The position numbers and the translations under genes are program-made. The notes below the pieces were generated by a model, which was not told where the DNA came from, searched no databases, and saw nothing but the letters and a program-made list of their open reading frames with translations. From an uncultured Gammaproteobacteria bacterium (lineage in GTDB: Bacteria > Patescibacteriota > Microgenomatia > Levybacterales > GWA1-39-11): DNA of 64,000 bases. The stretch covers positions 64,542 to 128,541 of the forward strand of contig CAZXFJ010000001.1 of assembly GCA_964640435.1 (NCBI GenBank), written 5' to 3'. Shown one piece after another: positions 10,043 to 19,774 of this stretch (positions are counted from its first letter, which is position 1; each line of letters starts with the position of its first letter).

Positions 10043-11551
10043 TTAGTTACTTATTTTTACTTTTTCGCCTTCTATGACATTTCTATCCAAAATTACTGAA
10101 TCCTGTGAACCAAGTCCAGCAGTAATAGCTACGTTTGATCCAACTATATCTCCTAGTTCGACTTTTTTAGCAACAACTTTTCCATTTTTAGCAACGTATG
10201 TATAAGCTCCCTCTTGGGTTTGGAAAACAATATCTATAGGAAGGTATGGAATAGTTGATACTGAATCAGCGTTTCCTATTGGTATTTCTACCTTTATATA
10301 CTGACCATCTGTTACTGATGAATAGAGCGTATCAGGGAGAGCATAAATAACTGAATTTAAGGGTCCGTCAGTTGCTTCATTTGATACAAATTCAGGCATA
10401 ATATTGTACTTTTTACCTTTTATATAAAAAGTGCTTTCTTCAATTCGTGAAACTTTACCAGCTGTTTCGTAGGGAACTGTAACGGTAGCTGTTGCTGCTT
10501 GATTATTGCTCGATATTGTTACAAGTGGAGTACCTGGATTTACGGCTTGGCCATAGCTTACATGTACTTTTTCTACAACCCCATCAAATGGTGCTGCTGG
10601 ATACATTGTTGCTTCGGAAATCTGAGCAAGCTGAAGTTGAAGCTTGCTTATTTCAAGACCCATTCTTAAAGCTTTTTCTTGTACATCAAGCTGTTTAAGT
10701 GTTAAGTCGTGAGCTAAATCAGCAAGCCTCGTAGGAGGATTATTTGTATCTGCCGCAAATCTTGCTTGGCGTTGAGCTGCTTCAAGTTGTGCTTGTCCTG
10801 CTCTATATTGAGCAATTTGTTGTCTTAATCCAAGAATTTGATCAGGAGCTCCTCCACTGGATTCAAGAGCTGATAAACTTGTTTCAAGACTTACAATAAT
10901 TGAAGCATTTAAATCAATAACTCGTCTTGTATCTGTAATTGATTGTTCAGTAATTTGTCTTTGTTCATCAGCGCTCTCTCTTGATTGGTCAGCGATTTCT
11001 CTTTGGTTTCCTATTATTCCCTTCTGAGTATCAAAAGTATCTTTTGTATTCATGTACTGAGTTGCAGCAATCTCCCGAGATACACTTAATGCATTTCCTC
11101 CTTGGTAATTACTTGAAAGACTTACTAAGTTTTGACCGCGTGTAACAACCTGTCCTTCTACAACATTAATTCCTGAAACAATACCAGGAGTCTGTGCAAC
11201 TATTTGAATAACACCCTTTTTATCAATCTTTGCACTGAAAGTCGCACGAGGAGCTTTTCCAATTTGGTAAATAGCAACTTCTTTTGCGGCAGAGGCAGTA
11301 TTTGCTTCTTTTGGTTTTGGAGTAAGAATAGTATTTAAAATCATCACTAAAAGAAGTATGACAAGAGCAATGAAAAAACTCGCCATTGGGCGACGCTTAA
11401 TGTATTTAGTTGTTTTTGTTGTTAGACTTTTTCGTCTTTCTCCAAATCTAAGATCAGAAAACTTTGAAGATATTGAGTTTTTAACACGTGAAAAAAAAGT
11501 ACCTTTAGTACCACGAGAGGAGCTTCTTGATCGATTAATTCTTCTGGCCAT
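10043..11551 (-). CDS. RND membrane-fusion (adaptor) protein
   Basis: One TM anchor, lipoyl halves (TPGIVSGINVVEGQVV and APFDGVVEKVHVSYGQAV) around a long coiled coil; coupled to the permease by TAA-T-ATG. Confidence 0.9.
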   Translation of the reverse strand: MARRINRSRSSSRGTKGTFFSRVKNSISSKFSDLRFGERRKSLTTKTTKYIKRRPMASFFIALVILLLVMILNTILTPKPKEANTASAAKEVAIYQIGKAPRATFSAKIDKKGVIQIVAQTPGIVSGINVVEGQVVTRGQNLVSLSSNYQGGNALSVSREIAATQYMNTKDTFDTQKGIIGNQREIADQSRESADEQRQITEQSITDTRRVIDLNASIIVSLETSLSALESSGGAPDQILGLRQQIAQYRAGQAQLEAAQRQARFAADTNNPPTRLADLAHDLTLKQLDVQEKALRMGLEISKLQLQLAQISEATMYPAAPFDGVVEKVHVSYGQAVNPGTPLVTISSNNQAATATVTVPYETAGKVSRIEESTFYIKGKKYNIMPEFVSNEATDGPLNSVIYALPDTLYSSVTDGQYIKVEIPIGNADSVSTIPYLPIDIVFQTQEGAYTYVAKNGKVVAKKVELGDIVGSNVAITAGLGSQDSVILDRNVIEGEKVKISN

Positions 11552-11612
11552 TGAAAGGTTACCTAGAGGGAAATGATGGACAGTTCAAGTGGGCAGCCTG
11601 AGTAACTATAAG

Positions 11613-11641
11613 ATTGTACGTTACGTGTACTGAAATGTCAA
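11613..11641 (-). promoter_or_regulatory. Near-consensus sigma70 promoter of the RND operon
   Basis: On the minus strand: TTGACA (11641-11636), 17 bp, TACAAT (11618-11613). Confidence 0.75.
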
Positions 11642-11661
11642 GAAATGATTGCAATTTAACA

Positions 11662-11670
11662 TGCTATAAT
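11662..11670 (+). promoter_or_regulatory. Extended -10 (leaderless) promoter of alaS
   Basis: TGcTATAAT ends 7 nt before the ATG at 11678. Confidence 0.7.
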
Positions 11671-11677
11671 AGTACGC

Positions 11678-13471
11678 ATGACAGCTTCCCAAATTCTTGA
11701 AAAGTACATTAAGTTTTATGAAGAAAGAGGGCATAAAAGGATACCTAGTTCTTCTCTTGTCCCCCTTAATGACCCATCAACTTTATTTACATCATCCGGA
11801 ATGCAGCCATTAGTGCCATATTTATTAGGAGAAACACATCCTCAAGGTAAAAGACTGGTTAATTCGCAAAATTCATTCAGAGCTCAGGATATTGATGAGA
11901 TAGGGGATAGTCGTCATACAACTTTTTTTAGAATGCTAGGAAACTGGTCACTGGGTGATTACTTCAAAAAAGAACAGATTCCATGGGTTTTTGAACTTTT
12001 AACCAAAGAGTTAAATATTAATCCAGAAAAATTATACGTCACTGTTTTTGAAGGATATGGCGAAATTGAGCGTGATTTTGAAGCAGCAGATATTTGGAAA
12101 GAACTTTTTGCATCAGTTGGTTTAAGCGGAGAAGAGCGAATTTTCTACTATGGAGTTGAAAAAAATTGGTGGTCAAGATCTGGGGTTCCAGACAAAATGC
12201 CAGTTGGTGAACCTGGCGGACCTGATTCAGAAGTTTTTTTTGAGTTTGATGTAGAGCATGACAGACAATTTGGTGACAAGTGTCATGTAAATTGTGACTG
12301 CGGAAAATATGTAGAAATTGGGAATTCTGTTTTTATGCAATACAAAAAAAATACAGATGGTTTTGAAGAATTACCTCAGAAAAATGTTGATTTTGGTGGA
12401 GGGCTTGAGAGATTGGTAATGGCAACTGAAAGTAAGCAAGATATTTTTGAAACATCACTTTTTTTTCCAATTATTGAGACAATCTCAAATACAACTGCAA
12501 AGAAATACGAAGAAAATAAGCGAGAAATGAGAATTGTTGCAGATCATTTAATTTCTAGTGCTTTTATCACTGCAAATGGTGTTCGACCTGCGAATAAAGA
12601 GCAAGGGTATATCCTTAGGCGACTACTTCGTCGTGCTTTTGATAACTTTTATGCGCTTAATGGCGACACAATAGTTCCGATTATTGAAAAAATTGTTGAT
12701 CAATACAAAGAAACTGATGAATATTTATTAGAAAAATATGAAGAAATAAAGAATGTAATTCTCGAAGAAGAACAGAAATATAAGAATACTCTTTCAGAAG
12801 CAAAGAAGTTTATTTCCAAAAGATACAAAAGAACAGGTGATGAATTAATGGGTGTAACTGAAATATCAGCAGATGATGCATTTATTCTTTATACGACTCA
12901 TGGTCTTTCGCCAACTCAAATTAAAAGTCTTGGTTTTCAATTTGATGATCAAAAATTTGCAGAAAAAATGGAAGAGCATCAGAGTTTATCTCGAAAAGGC
13001 GCAGAGCATAAATTTGCTGGTGGACTAGCAGATCATGAGGAACTAACAATTAAAGGGCATACCGCAACTCACCTTTTACAGCAAGCACTACGTGATGTTT
13101 TAGGTGATCAAATTCACCAAACAGGATCAAATATTACAACGGAAAGATTAAGATTTGATTTTAATCTTGATAGAAAATTGACCGAAGAAGAAATTGAAAA
13201 GGTGGAAAAAATAGTTCGGGAAAAGATAGAAGAAAATCTTCCAGTTCGTTTTGAGATTATGCCAATAGAGAAAGCTCGTAAAACTGGTGCGATTGGTCTT
13301 TTTGATGATAAATACAATAAAGACGTAAAAGTATATTTTATAGGTGATTATTCGAAAGAATTGTGCGGAGGTCCTCATGTCGATTTTACAGGAGAGATTA
13401 AAAGTTTTAAAATAATTAAAGAAGAGAGCCTTGGTAAAACCAACAGGCGTATTTATGCTGTTGTAGAGTAG
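11678..13471 (+). CDS. alaS: Alanine--tRNA ligase (short form, no C-Ala domain)
   Basis: DPSTLFTSSGMQPL, RHTTFFRMLGNWSLGDYFK and DFGGGLER; editing-site motifs HTATHLL and ELCGGPHV. Confidence 0.96.
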   Translation: MTASQILEKYIKFYEERGHKRIPSSSLVPLNDPSTLFTSSGMQPLVPYLLGETHPQGKRLVNSQNSFRAQDIDEIGDSRHTTFFRMLGNWSLGDYFKKEQIPWVFELLTKELNINPEKLYVTVFEGYGEIERDFEAADIWKELFASVGLSGEERIFYYGVEKNWWSRSGVPDKMPVGEPGGPDSEVFFEFDVEHDRQFGDKCHVNCDCGKYVEIGNSVFMQYKKNTDGFEELPQKNVDFGGGLERLVMATESKQDIFETSLFFPIIETISNTTAKKYEENKREMRIVADHLISSAFITANGVRPANKEQGYILRRLLRRAFDNFYALNGDTIVPIIEKIVDQYKETDEYLLEKYEEIKNVILEEEQKYKNTLSEAKKFISKRYKRTGDELMGVTEISADDAFILYTTHGLSPTQIKSLGFQFDDQKFAEKMEEHQSLSRKGAEHKFAGGLADHEELTIKGHTATHLLQQALRDVLGDQIHQTGSNITTERLRFDFNLDRKLTEEEIEKVEKIVREKIEENLPVRFEIMPIEKARKTGAIGLFDDKYNKDVKVYFIGDYSKELCGGPHVDFTGEIKSFKIIKEESLGKTNRRIYAVVE

Positions 13472-13482
13472 GGCTAAATTTT

Positions 13483-15819
13483 ATGAATCTGCCTTTTTTA
13501 AAAAGCGAAAAGCCGCAAAAAAATTTCTTTTTATCTCTGTTGTACAAGCCATATAAGGTAAGTGCGATTTTATTTGAAGAGATAAATTCAAAACTTTTTA
13601 TTCTTTCCACTTCTGATCAAGATACTACGAAAAGTGCCGATGAGTTAACAGCTGATGAATTACTAAATATTTCAGATAAAGTTGTTAGTAGTGTTGAGCC
13701 AAGTCTTCCAGAAGGTGCAACAGTTGAAAAAACTATTTTTTCTGTTCCTTACGAGTGGGTTACGGATGGAAAAATTAGCGCTGAGTATCTTGAGAAGTTA
13801 AAAAAAGTTTGTCAGGATTTAGGACTTATTCCTGTGGGGTATTTAATTTCAATTGAAGCAATTATTTCCCATCTTGAGCATAAAGAGGGAGCCCCTGTTT
13901 CGGCTATTTTTGTTGAGGTTGCGGTCAAGAAAATGATTGTATATCTTGTCCGTGCTGGGAAAATCTTAGAGGTACATTCGGCTGACATTGAAAAAGGGGC
14001 ACTTCCCACAGCAGAATCCTTATTAAAACAAATAAATACCGTAGATGTTTTGCCTTCAAGAATTATTTTGCTGGATTATAAAAATGCAGCAGCAATGCAA
14101 CAGGACTTCATATCGCATACCTGGTCCAGTGATATTTCATTTCTTCATTTACCTCAGGTATTAGTTCTTGAAAAAGGTTTTGAGGACGAAGCGGCAGTTA
14201 ATGGGGTAGCTATACAAATGGACCTTGAGGTCTTACATGATACTTCCGCACTTAGGAAAGTAGAGAGCGAAAACATAAGTATCGGGGATAAAAAAGACAT
14301 TGAAGAACCTTTTGAAAAAGAAGAGGTTACTGAGGAAATTGAAGAGGCTTCAGCTGAAGAACTTGGTTTTGTTAAAGAGAGGGATGTCGCTGATGAAGAG
14401 ATAAAGATGGAAGAGGCTGAAGCTACTGGTGATGGGATTTCTGATGATGGCGAGCCTGTAATTCGAGAGGCAGGAAAAATAAACGAAGAGTCGAATATTT
14501 CTATAATTGAACCAAATGATCCCCCTGAATCTCAGGATTTTGATCCAGAAACAAAAAATGTTGCCGCAGGTATACCAATACTTTCATCATTACCCATGTT
14601 GTCAAATTTTTCTTTTCCAAGCACAATAAGAGAGATACAGAGGAAAATTAAAATACCTAATTTAAAATCTTTTTTTGCTGGAGGAAACAATTCGATGAAA
14701 ATAAAAGCTGCGATTGCATTAGGTGTAGTAATAGTTGCAATAGTTATTATCTCCGTTCTTTATTACAACGTAATTCTAAAAGCTGAAGTTTCTGTTTTTT
14801 CTGATAGAAAAACAGTAGATAAAAGTCAGGAAGTAACTTTTTCAGAAAACCCTTCTGACTCAAGCTCAATAAAAATAACTCTGAAAGAGCAAACAGAGAA
14901 AGGTGATGATACGAAGAATGCTAGTGGAACGAAAGATACTGGGGAGACAGCAAAGGGGAGTATTGTGGTTTATAACAAGACAGAAAGTGAGAAATCATTT
15001 CCTAAAGGAACTGTGATAGTTGGCCCAAATAGTCTTGAATTTGAAACTCAAAGTGACATTAAAATTGCCTCAACCAGTGCATTCTCAACAAGTCTTTCAT
15101 CGGCAAGTGTTAAGGTCGAGGCATCAAAGTTCGGTAAAGAATATAATCTTCCTTCAGGATCTAATTTCACAATTAAAGGTTCATCCTCAAGTAACTATAT
15201 TGCTAAAAATTCAGAAGCCTTGACTGGTGGTACTAAGAAAACAACCACTGTTGTTTCGCAAAAAGATTTAGATCAACTACTAACGCAAGTTGAAGAAAAG
15301 CTTGAGAAGAATGCGATTGAGGCAGTTAAACAGCAAATAGGTTCATCGGGGGATGTAATTCCTCAAGCACTTTCTGTTGACGTTGTTGAGAAAAACTACA
15401 CTAAAAAAGTTGGAGCAGAGAGTGGAAGTGTTGGGATTTCTGCCGAGGTTAGATATTCCATAGGAAGTTATAGTCGGGATGATATTCAAAAAGTTGTTGA
15501 TTCATTGTCTTCAGGAGATATACCTGGAACATATAAGATTAATATGGATAATTCAAAAATTGAAGTGGTCGATGTAAAAGTAGATAATGACAATAATGCC
15601 TCAGCAACTCTTAAGGTCAATGCAACTTACGAGCCGGAAATTGATAGTGCAAAATTGGCAACAGAGCTTAAAGGAAACGGTGAATCAAAAGCTATCGAAA
15701 AAATAAAAAGTATAAATGGGGTTACAGATGTTGTCATAAAGTTTTCAAGAAAAATTCCATTCTTCCCTAATATGCTGCCTGCTAATAGTAAAAACATAGA
15801 CGTACAGGTTAAGAAATAA
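13483..15819 (+). CDS. Large single-pass membrane protein: actin/FtsA-like N-terminus, acidic linker, baseplate-J-like C-terminus (putative)
   Basis: TM helix near residues 410-430. AKGSIVVYN...FPKGT...VEASKFGKEYN...LTGG...VSQKD resembles the baseplate J/gp47-like pattern. Domain calls are by eye. Confidence 0.55.
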   Translation: MNLPFLKSEKPQKNFFLSLLYKPYKVSAILFEEINSKLFILSTSDQDTTKSADELTADELLNISDKVVSSVEPSLPEGATVEKTIFSVPYEWVTDGKISAEYLEKLKKVCQDLGLIPVGYLISIEAIISHLEHKEGAPVSAIFVEVAVKKMIVYLVRAGKILEVHSADIEKGALPTAESLLKQINTVDVLPSRIILLDYKNAAAMQQDFISHTWSSDISFLHLPQVLVLEKGFEDEAAVNGVAIQMDLEVLHDTSALRKVESENISIGDKKDIEEPFEKEEVTEEIEEASAEELGFVKERDVADEEIKMEEAEATGDGISDDGEPVIREAGKINEESNISIIEPNDPPESQDFDPETKNVAAGIPILSSLPMLSNFSFPSTIREIQRKIKIPNLKSFFAGGNNSMKIKAAIALGVVIVAIVIISVLYYNVILKAEVSVFSDRKTVDKSQEVTFSENPSDSSSIKITLKEQTEKGDDTKNASGTKDTGETAKGSIVVYNKTESEKSFPKGTVIVGPNSLEFETQSDIKIASTSAFSTSLSSASVKVEASKFGKEYNLPSGSNFTIKGSSSSNYIAKNSEALTGGTKKTTTVVSQKDLDQLLTQVEEKLEKNAIEAVKQQIGSSGDVIPQALSVDVVEKNYTKKVGAESGSVGISAEVRYSIGSYSRDDIQKVVDSLSSGDIPGTYKINMDNSKIEVVDVKVDNDNNASATLKVNATYEPEIDSAKLATELKGNGESKAIEKIKSINGVTDVVIKFSRKIPFFPNMLPANSKNIDVQVKK

Positions 15820-15820
15820 A

Positions 15821-16540
15821 ATGACTTATTATGAAAAAGGCGCAAAAGCGAGCCGAAAAAAATACGTTAAAATCCTTGGTAGTTTTTTTATAATTTTTGG
15901 AATCCTATTTTTTGGGTATTTTTTCTTTCCACTACTTTCCTACCAAGTTTTTTTAGCTAATGCATCAGAAGGGGATATTGAAGTTCCAATTCCTAAATAT
16001 CTAGTTGCAAAGAAAACGGGTAATATTTCAGATCTTATTTCAGAAAGAATTACATCGCTTACGACAAATTTTAATGATGCTCGTAATTGGTATCCAGATG
16101 TTCAAATTGCAAAACAAGAAGAAAGAAAAGTCGATAAGTATTCTCTATCCATACCAAAGTTAAAAATAGAAAATGCAGAAGTATCAACAACTGATTATGA
16201 TTTAGCAAATCATCTAGTTCAATACTTTGGCACAGCGATACCAGGTGAACCAGGTACAGCAATTATTTTTGGTCATTCAACAATTCCTGCCTGGTTTGAT
16301 CCTAAAAATTACAAAACAATTTTTGCAACATTGCACACTCTTAAGGTGGGTGATGAGTTTCAGGCGACAGTTGATGGAAAAACATATAACTATAAAATCT
16401 TCTCCATTGAAATTACAACACCAGAAGATACTAATATGTTTTCTCAGAGCTTTGATCATTCATACATAACAATTGTCACATGTACACCACCTGGAACTAT
16501 CTGGAAAAGACTTGTTGTGAGAGCAGCAATGGAAGAATAA
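15821..16540 (+). CDS. Sortase
   Basis: N-terminal TM, LSIPKLKI, and the catalytic triad H (IFGHS), C (IVTCTP), R (KRLVV). Confidence 0.92.
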   Translation: MTYYEKGAKASRKKYVKILGSFFIIFGILFFGYFFFPLLSYQVFLANASEGDIEVPIPKYLVAKKTGNISDLISERITSLTTNFNDARNWYPDVQIAKQEERKVDKYSLSIPKLKIENAEVSTTDYDLANHLVQYFGTAIPGEPGTAIIFGHSTIPAWFDPKNYKTIFATLHTLKVGDEFQATVDGKTYNYKIFSIEITTPEDTNMFSQSFDHSYITIVTCTPPGTIWKRLVVRAAMEE

Positions 16541-16541
16541 A

Positions 16542-16757
16542 ATGGAAAACCAAGCACAAAATACTGATTTTGGAATGAATCAAGAGGATATTAAGAACTA
16601 TAAATTAAAAAGCTTTTGGAATACAATTAAATATTACTTGGCAAAAATAGAGCCAGCATTTGTAAAAATATTTCAAACAATATTGTACTGGACTATTAAA
16701 TTCTCGAAAGCATTTTTTAGTGGACTATTTCGTATGATTTTAGGAAAGGAAGTTTAA
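16542..16757 (+). CDS. Small hypothetical protein (amphipathic)
   Basis: 71-aa ORF tightly coupled on both sides (1-nt gap upstream, TAATG overlap downstream). Confidence 0.65.
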   Translation: MENQAQNTDFGMNQEDIKNYKLKSFWNTIKYYLAKIEPAFVKIFQTILYWTIKFSKAFFSGLFRMILGKEV

Positions 16758-18028
16758 TGGAAGAACAAAATCTCGCTCTTGAAGCAATAAGAAAAAAGCT
16801 TGTAGGAAAAGAACTCTCATATAGAGAGATATATGCAATCATGGATCAGATTGCTCAGGAAAAACTTGGTGATGTTTTAACGACGTACTTTGTTGCGTCA
16901 GGTTATTCAGAAGGTTTTTCAGATGATGAGCTTTATTACCTAACAAAAGCCATGGTTGAAACAGGCGAGCATTTGGATTTTAGAGGAGTTGTTGCAGATA
17001 AGCATTCTATAGGTGGGGTACCAGGAACACGAGTGACAATGATATTAGTTCCTATAATTGCTGCTGCTGGATTTAAAATTCCAAAAAGCTCATCTCGTGC
17101 AATAACTACTCCGGCAGGAACTGCTGATGCAATGGAGGTTTTAGCTCCTGTAACATTCACTAAGGATCAGATATACAAAATTGTAGAAGAAACTAATGCG
17201 TGTATTGTATGGGGAGGGAGTTTTAAAATTGCTCCAGCGGATGATGAGATTATTAAAATTGAAGAACCGCTTGTTTTCGAGTCTTACGACAAAATTGTTG
17301 TTTCAGTAATGGCCAAAAAGGTTGCTTTTGGAGCAACTCATGTAATTATTGATTTGCCATATGGTAGAACTGCAAAAATCCATCGAACAGAAGAGGCAGA
17401 GGTATTAAAGAAAAAATTTGAATTTCTAGGGAAAAAATTTGGAGTTAAGATCAAGGCATCAATTCATAGAATTGAAGAGCCAGCAGGTGTTGGTATTGGT
17501 CCATTATTTGAGGCACGTGATTCATTGAAAGTTTTAGAACAAGTTGAGGATAGGCCAATAGATCTTGAAAATTTGGCTATTAAAACTGCTGCCGAGCTTT
17601 TAGAGCTGTGTCTTTCGGATGCAAATCAAGAAATAAAAAAAGAGGCAGAAAAATATGAAAATACCTTGGAGTGGGCGAGAGATATTTTGGTTTCGGGTAG
17701 GGCACATAAAAAAATGATGGACATAATAAAAGCACAAGGTGGAAAAAAGATTTCTTCAAAGGATTTAATTGGAGGAAAAAAGAGACTTATTATAAAAGCA
17801 GAAAAGAACGGAACAGTAAAGAAAGTTTCAAGTAAAAATATTACTCTACTTGCAAAACTTCTGGGTGCACCAGAGGATAAGGATGCTGGAATGGTCCTTC
17901 AGAAGAGAATTGGAGATAAGGTAGAGAAGGATGAAGAATTAGTCACTTTTCACACGGATTCAGCATATAGGTTAAAAGAGGCAACAGATTCTTACGATCT
18001 GTTCCCAATCTATGAAATTGAGAAGTAA
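16757..18028 (+). CDS. AMP phosphorylase / thymidine phosphorylase family protein (archaeal AMP-phosphorylase-like)
   Basis: DKHSIGGVPG, PKSSSRAITTPAGTAD, APADD and SVMAKK motifs. Confidence 0.88.
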   Translation: MEEQNLALEAIRKKLVGKELSYREIYAIMDQIAQEKLGDVLTTYFVASGYSEGFSDDELYYLTKAMVETGEHLDFRGVVADKHSIGGVPGTRVTMILVPIIAAAGFKIPKSSSRAITTPAGTADAMEVLAPVTFTKDQIYKIVEETNACIVWGGSFKIAPADDEIIKIEEPLVFESYDKIVVSVMAKKVAFGATHVIIDLPYGRTAKIHRTEEAEVLKKKFEFLGKKFGVKIKASIHRIEEPAGVGIGPLFEARDSLKVLEQVEDRPIDLENLAIKTAAELLELCLSDANQEIKKEAEKYENTLEWARDILVSGRAHKKMMDIIKAQGGKKISSKDLIGGKKRLIIKAEKNGTVKKVSSKNITLLAKLLGAPEDKDAGMVLQKRIGDKVEKDEELVTFHTDSAYRLKEATDSYDLFPIYEIEK

Positions 18029-19742
18029 CTCAGTTATCAAGAACTGGGTGTTTATTCTTTTCTTCCTTAACTTAATACTTTTTTTTATTTTTCTCATTAC
18101 CCAACACTTTCCCTTTTATGCAGTTTTTGCAAATATAGTTAGTATTTTTGCTATTACAATTTGGTCTTTAAATTTTCACAGGATTTATAACTATATTAAA
18201 AAAAATCCATTGGATTTAGTTTTATTTTTAATACTATTTTTCACAGCGTTTTTTATATATCAATATAAATTAGATATTGTTACCCCAGGAATTCAAAGTG
18301 ATGAAATTTCAATAATTGAAGCATCTGAGAAAGTGTCAGAGTTGTCAGAATTTATTCCATTTATAAATATAAATTATGGTCACCCCACTCCCCTTTTGTA
18401 TTTAACATCTGTTGCTATTGATCTATTTGGTAGAGAACCATTTGCAGGTCGTCTTCAAGGAATTATATTTGGTGCAGCATCGGTTGCCGTATTTTTTGTT
18501 CTCTTGAGAATATTCTTCTCAAGAAGTATATCTTTTGCAACATCACTATTGATGATGTTCGCATATCCATTAATCGTTCTATCTCGTTTAGCTTATGAGA
18601 TTACTCCTTCACTATTTTTTCAGATCGTTACAGTTATTTTTCTGTACTTATCTTTAAAGAGTCGTGATGTTCGTTATTTTTCAGCAGTTGGTATTTTTCT
18701 GGGGATGGGATTATTTACTTATGTAGGTTTTAGAACTTTTGCAGTATTAATTTTGTTACTTGCTGGATACTTTATATTTATAAAAACAAAAGATCATAAA
18801 AAAAGCAGCAAAGAGGCATTATTTGTAATCGCACCTCTTTTTATAGTTGCCTCTACTCTTGTTGCTTATAGCGTTGGACATTTTGGAGAAATCATGGAGA
18901 GATCAAGAGTATTATCAATATTTGGTCAAAGTCTTACAGTAGTAGAGATAGTAAAAGAATTGGGTGGAAATATCGCAAGACTTTCTTATATTTTCTTTTT
19001 TGAAGGCGATCCTAACTTAAAACAAAACCCAGTTGGAAGAAGCATTTTTGATATTGGAACATTTTTATTATTTGTAACTGGTTTGTTTTATTTATTTAAA
19101 GTCAAGAAATGGGTTTTATTATTACTTCTTATTTTCTTTATTCCTCCACTCATTAATGATTTCTTATCTCTTGAACGAATTCCAGAATTTCATTATTACG
19201 GAATTGGTCATCCAAGCACTTTAAGAATCGCAGGAATTATTCCCCCGGTGTTTTTTGCTGTTGCAGTAGCGCTGAATGGATTAAAAAAACAATTTGCAAA
19301 AATCAATGAGGGTATGGATATGATCTTAGTCCCATTAATATTAATTGTTATTATTTTCTACAATTGGGTCTCATACTTTAATCAACCTTTTAATATTTAT
19401 GATTATAAATTCAACGGTGCAATTGCGATGAATATAGTTCGTGAGATGAATTTAAGTAATGCAAAAAAAATCTGTGTTTCACCTCTTTATTTAGAAGATT
19501 ACCGTTTAAGATATTTTGCAAATAAGGATAAGGAAATAACAGAATTTTCTCCAAAGAGCGATGAAGAGATAATTAATCAAATAAATAAAAGTGATATGTG
19601 TTTTGTAGCAAGTGGAACATCGAATAAGAGCACTGTTGAAAGTCTGCAAAATTATATTCTTTCAAACCCAAATTCTAATTTTTCAATGTATGAATTGAAA
19701 AATCATTGGGGCTATATAGATGGTCTTGTCATAACTAAATAA
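18012..19742 (+). CDS. Polytopic GT-C glycosyltransferase (ArnT/PMT-like)
   Basis: Many TM helices, with a DE motif (GIQSDE) followed by GHPTPLLYL and GR in the first loop. Confidence 0.75.
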   Translation: MKLRSNSVIKNWVFILFFLNLILFFIFLITQHFPFYAVFANIVSIFAITIWSLNFHRIYNYIKKNPLDLVLFLILFFTAFFIYQYKLDIVTPGIQSDEISIIEASEKVSELSEFIPFININYGHPTPLLYLTSVAIDLFGREPFAGRLQGIIFGAASVAVFFVLLRIFFSRSISFATSLLMMFAYPLIVLSRLAYEITPSLFFQIVTVIFLYLSLKSRDVRYFSAVGIFLGMGLFTYVGFRTFAVLILLLAGYFIFIKTKDHKKSSKEALFVIAPLFIVASTLVAYSVGHFGEIMERSRVLSIFGQSLTVVEIVKELGGNIARLSYIFFFEGDPNLKQNPVGRSIFDIGTFLLFVTGLFYLFKVKKWVLLLLLIFFIPPLINDFLSLERIPEFHYYGIGHPSTLRIAGIIPPVFFAVAVALNGLKKQFAKINEGMDMILVPLILIVIIFYNWVSYFNQPFNIYDYKFNGAIAMNIVREMNLSNAKKICVSPLYLEDYRLRYFANKDKEITEFSPKSDEEIINQINKSDMCFVASGTSNKSTVESLQNYILSNPNSNFSMYELKNHWGYIDGLVITK

Positions 19743-19774
19743 TATTTTTTAAATATGGTAAAATAGCATTACAG

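Noticed and set aside
11552-11612. Possible riboswitch in the ~55-nt leader of the RND operon
   Set aside because: Only a short GTTAC/GTAAC pairing is visible, with no recognisable aptamer consensus or expression platform.
13483-15819. Prophage or contractile injection system suggested by the baseplate-J-like domain
   Set aside because: There are no tail, sheath, capsid, terminase or integrase genes; the protein is membrane-anchored within a housekeeping operon.
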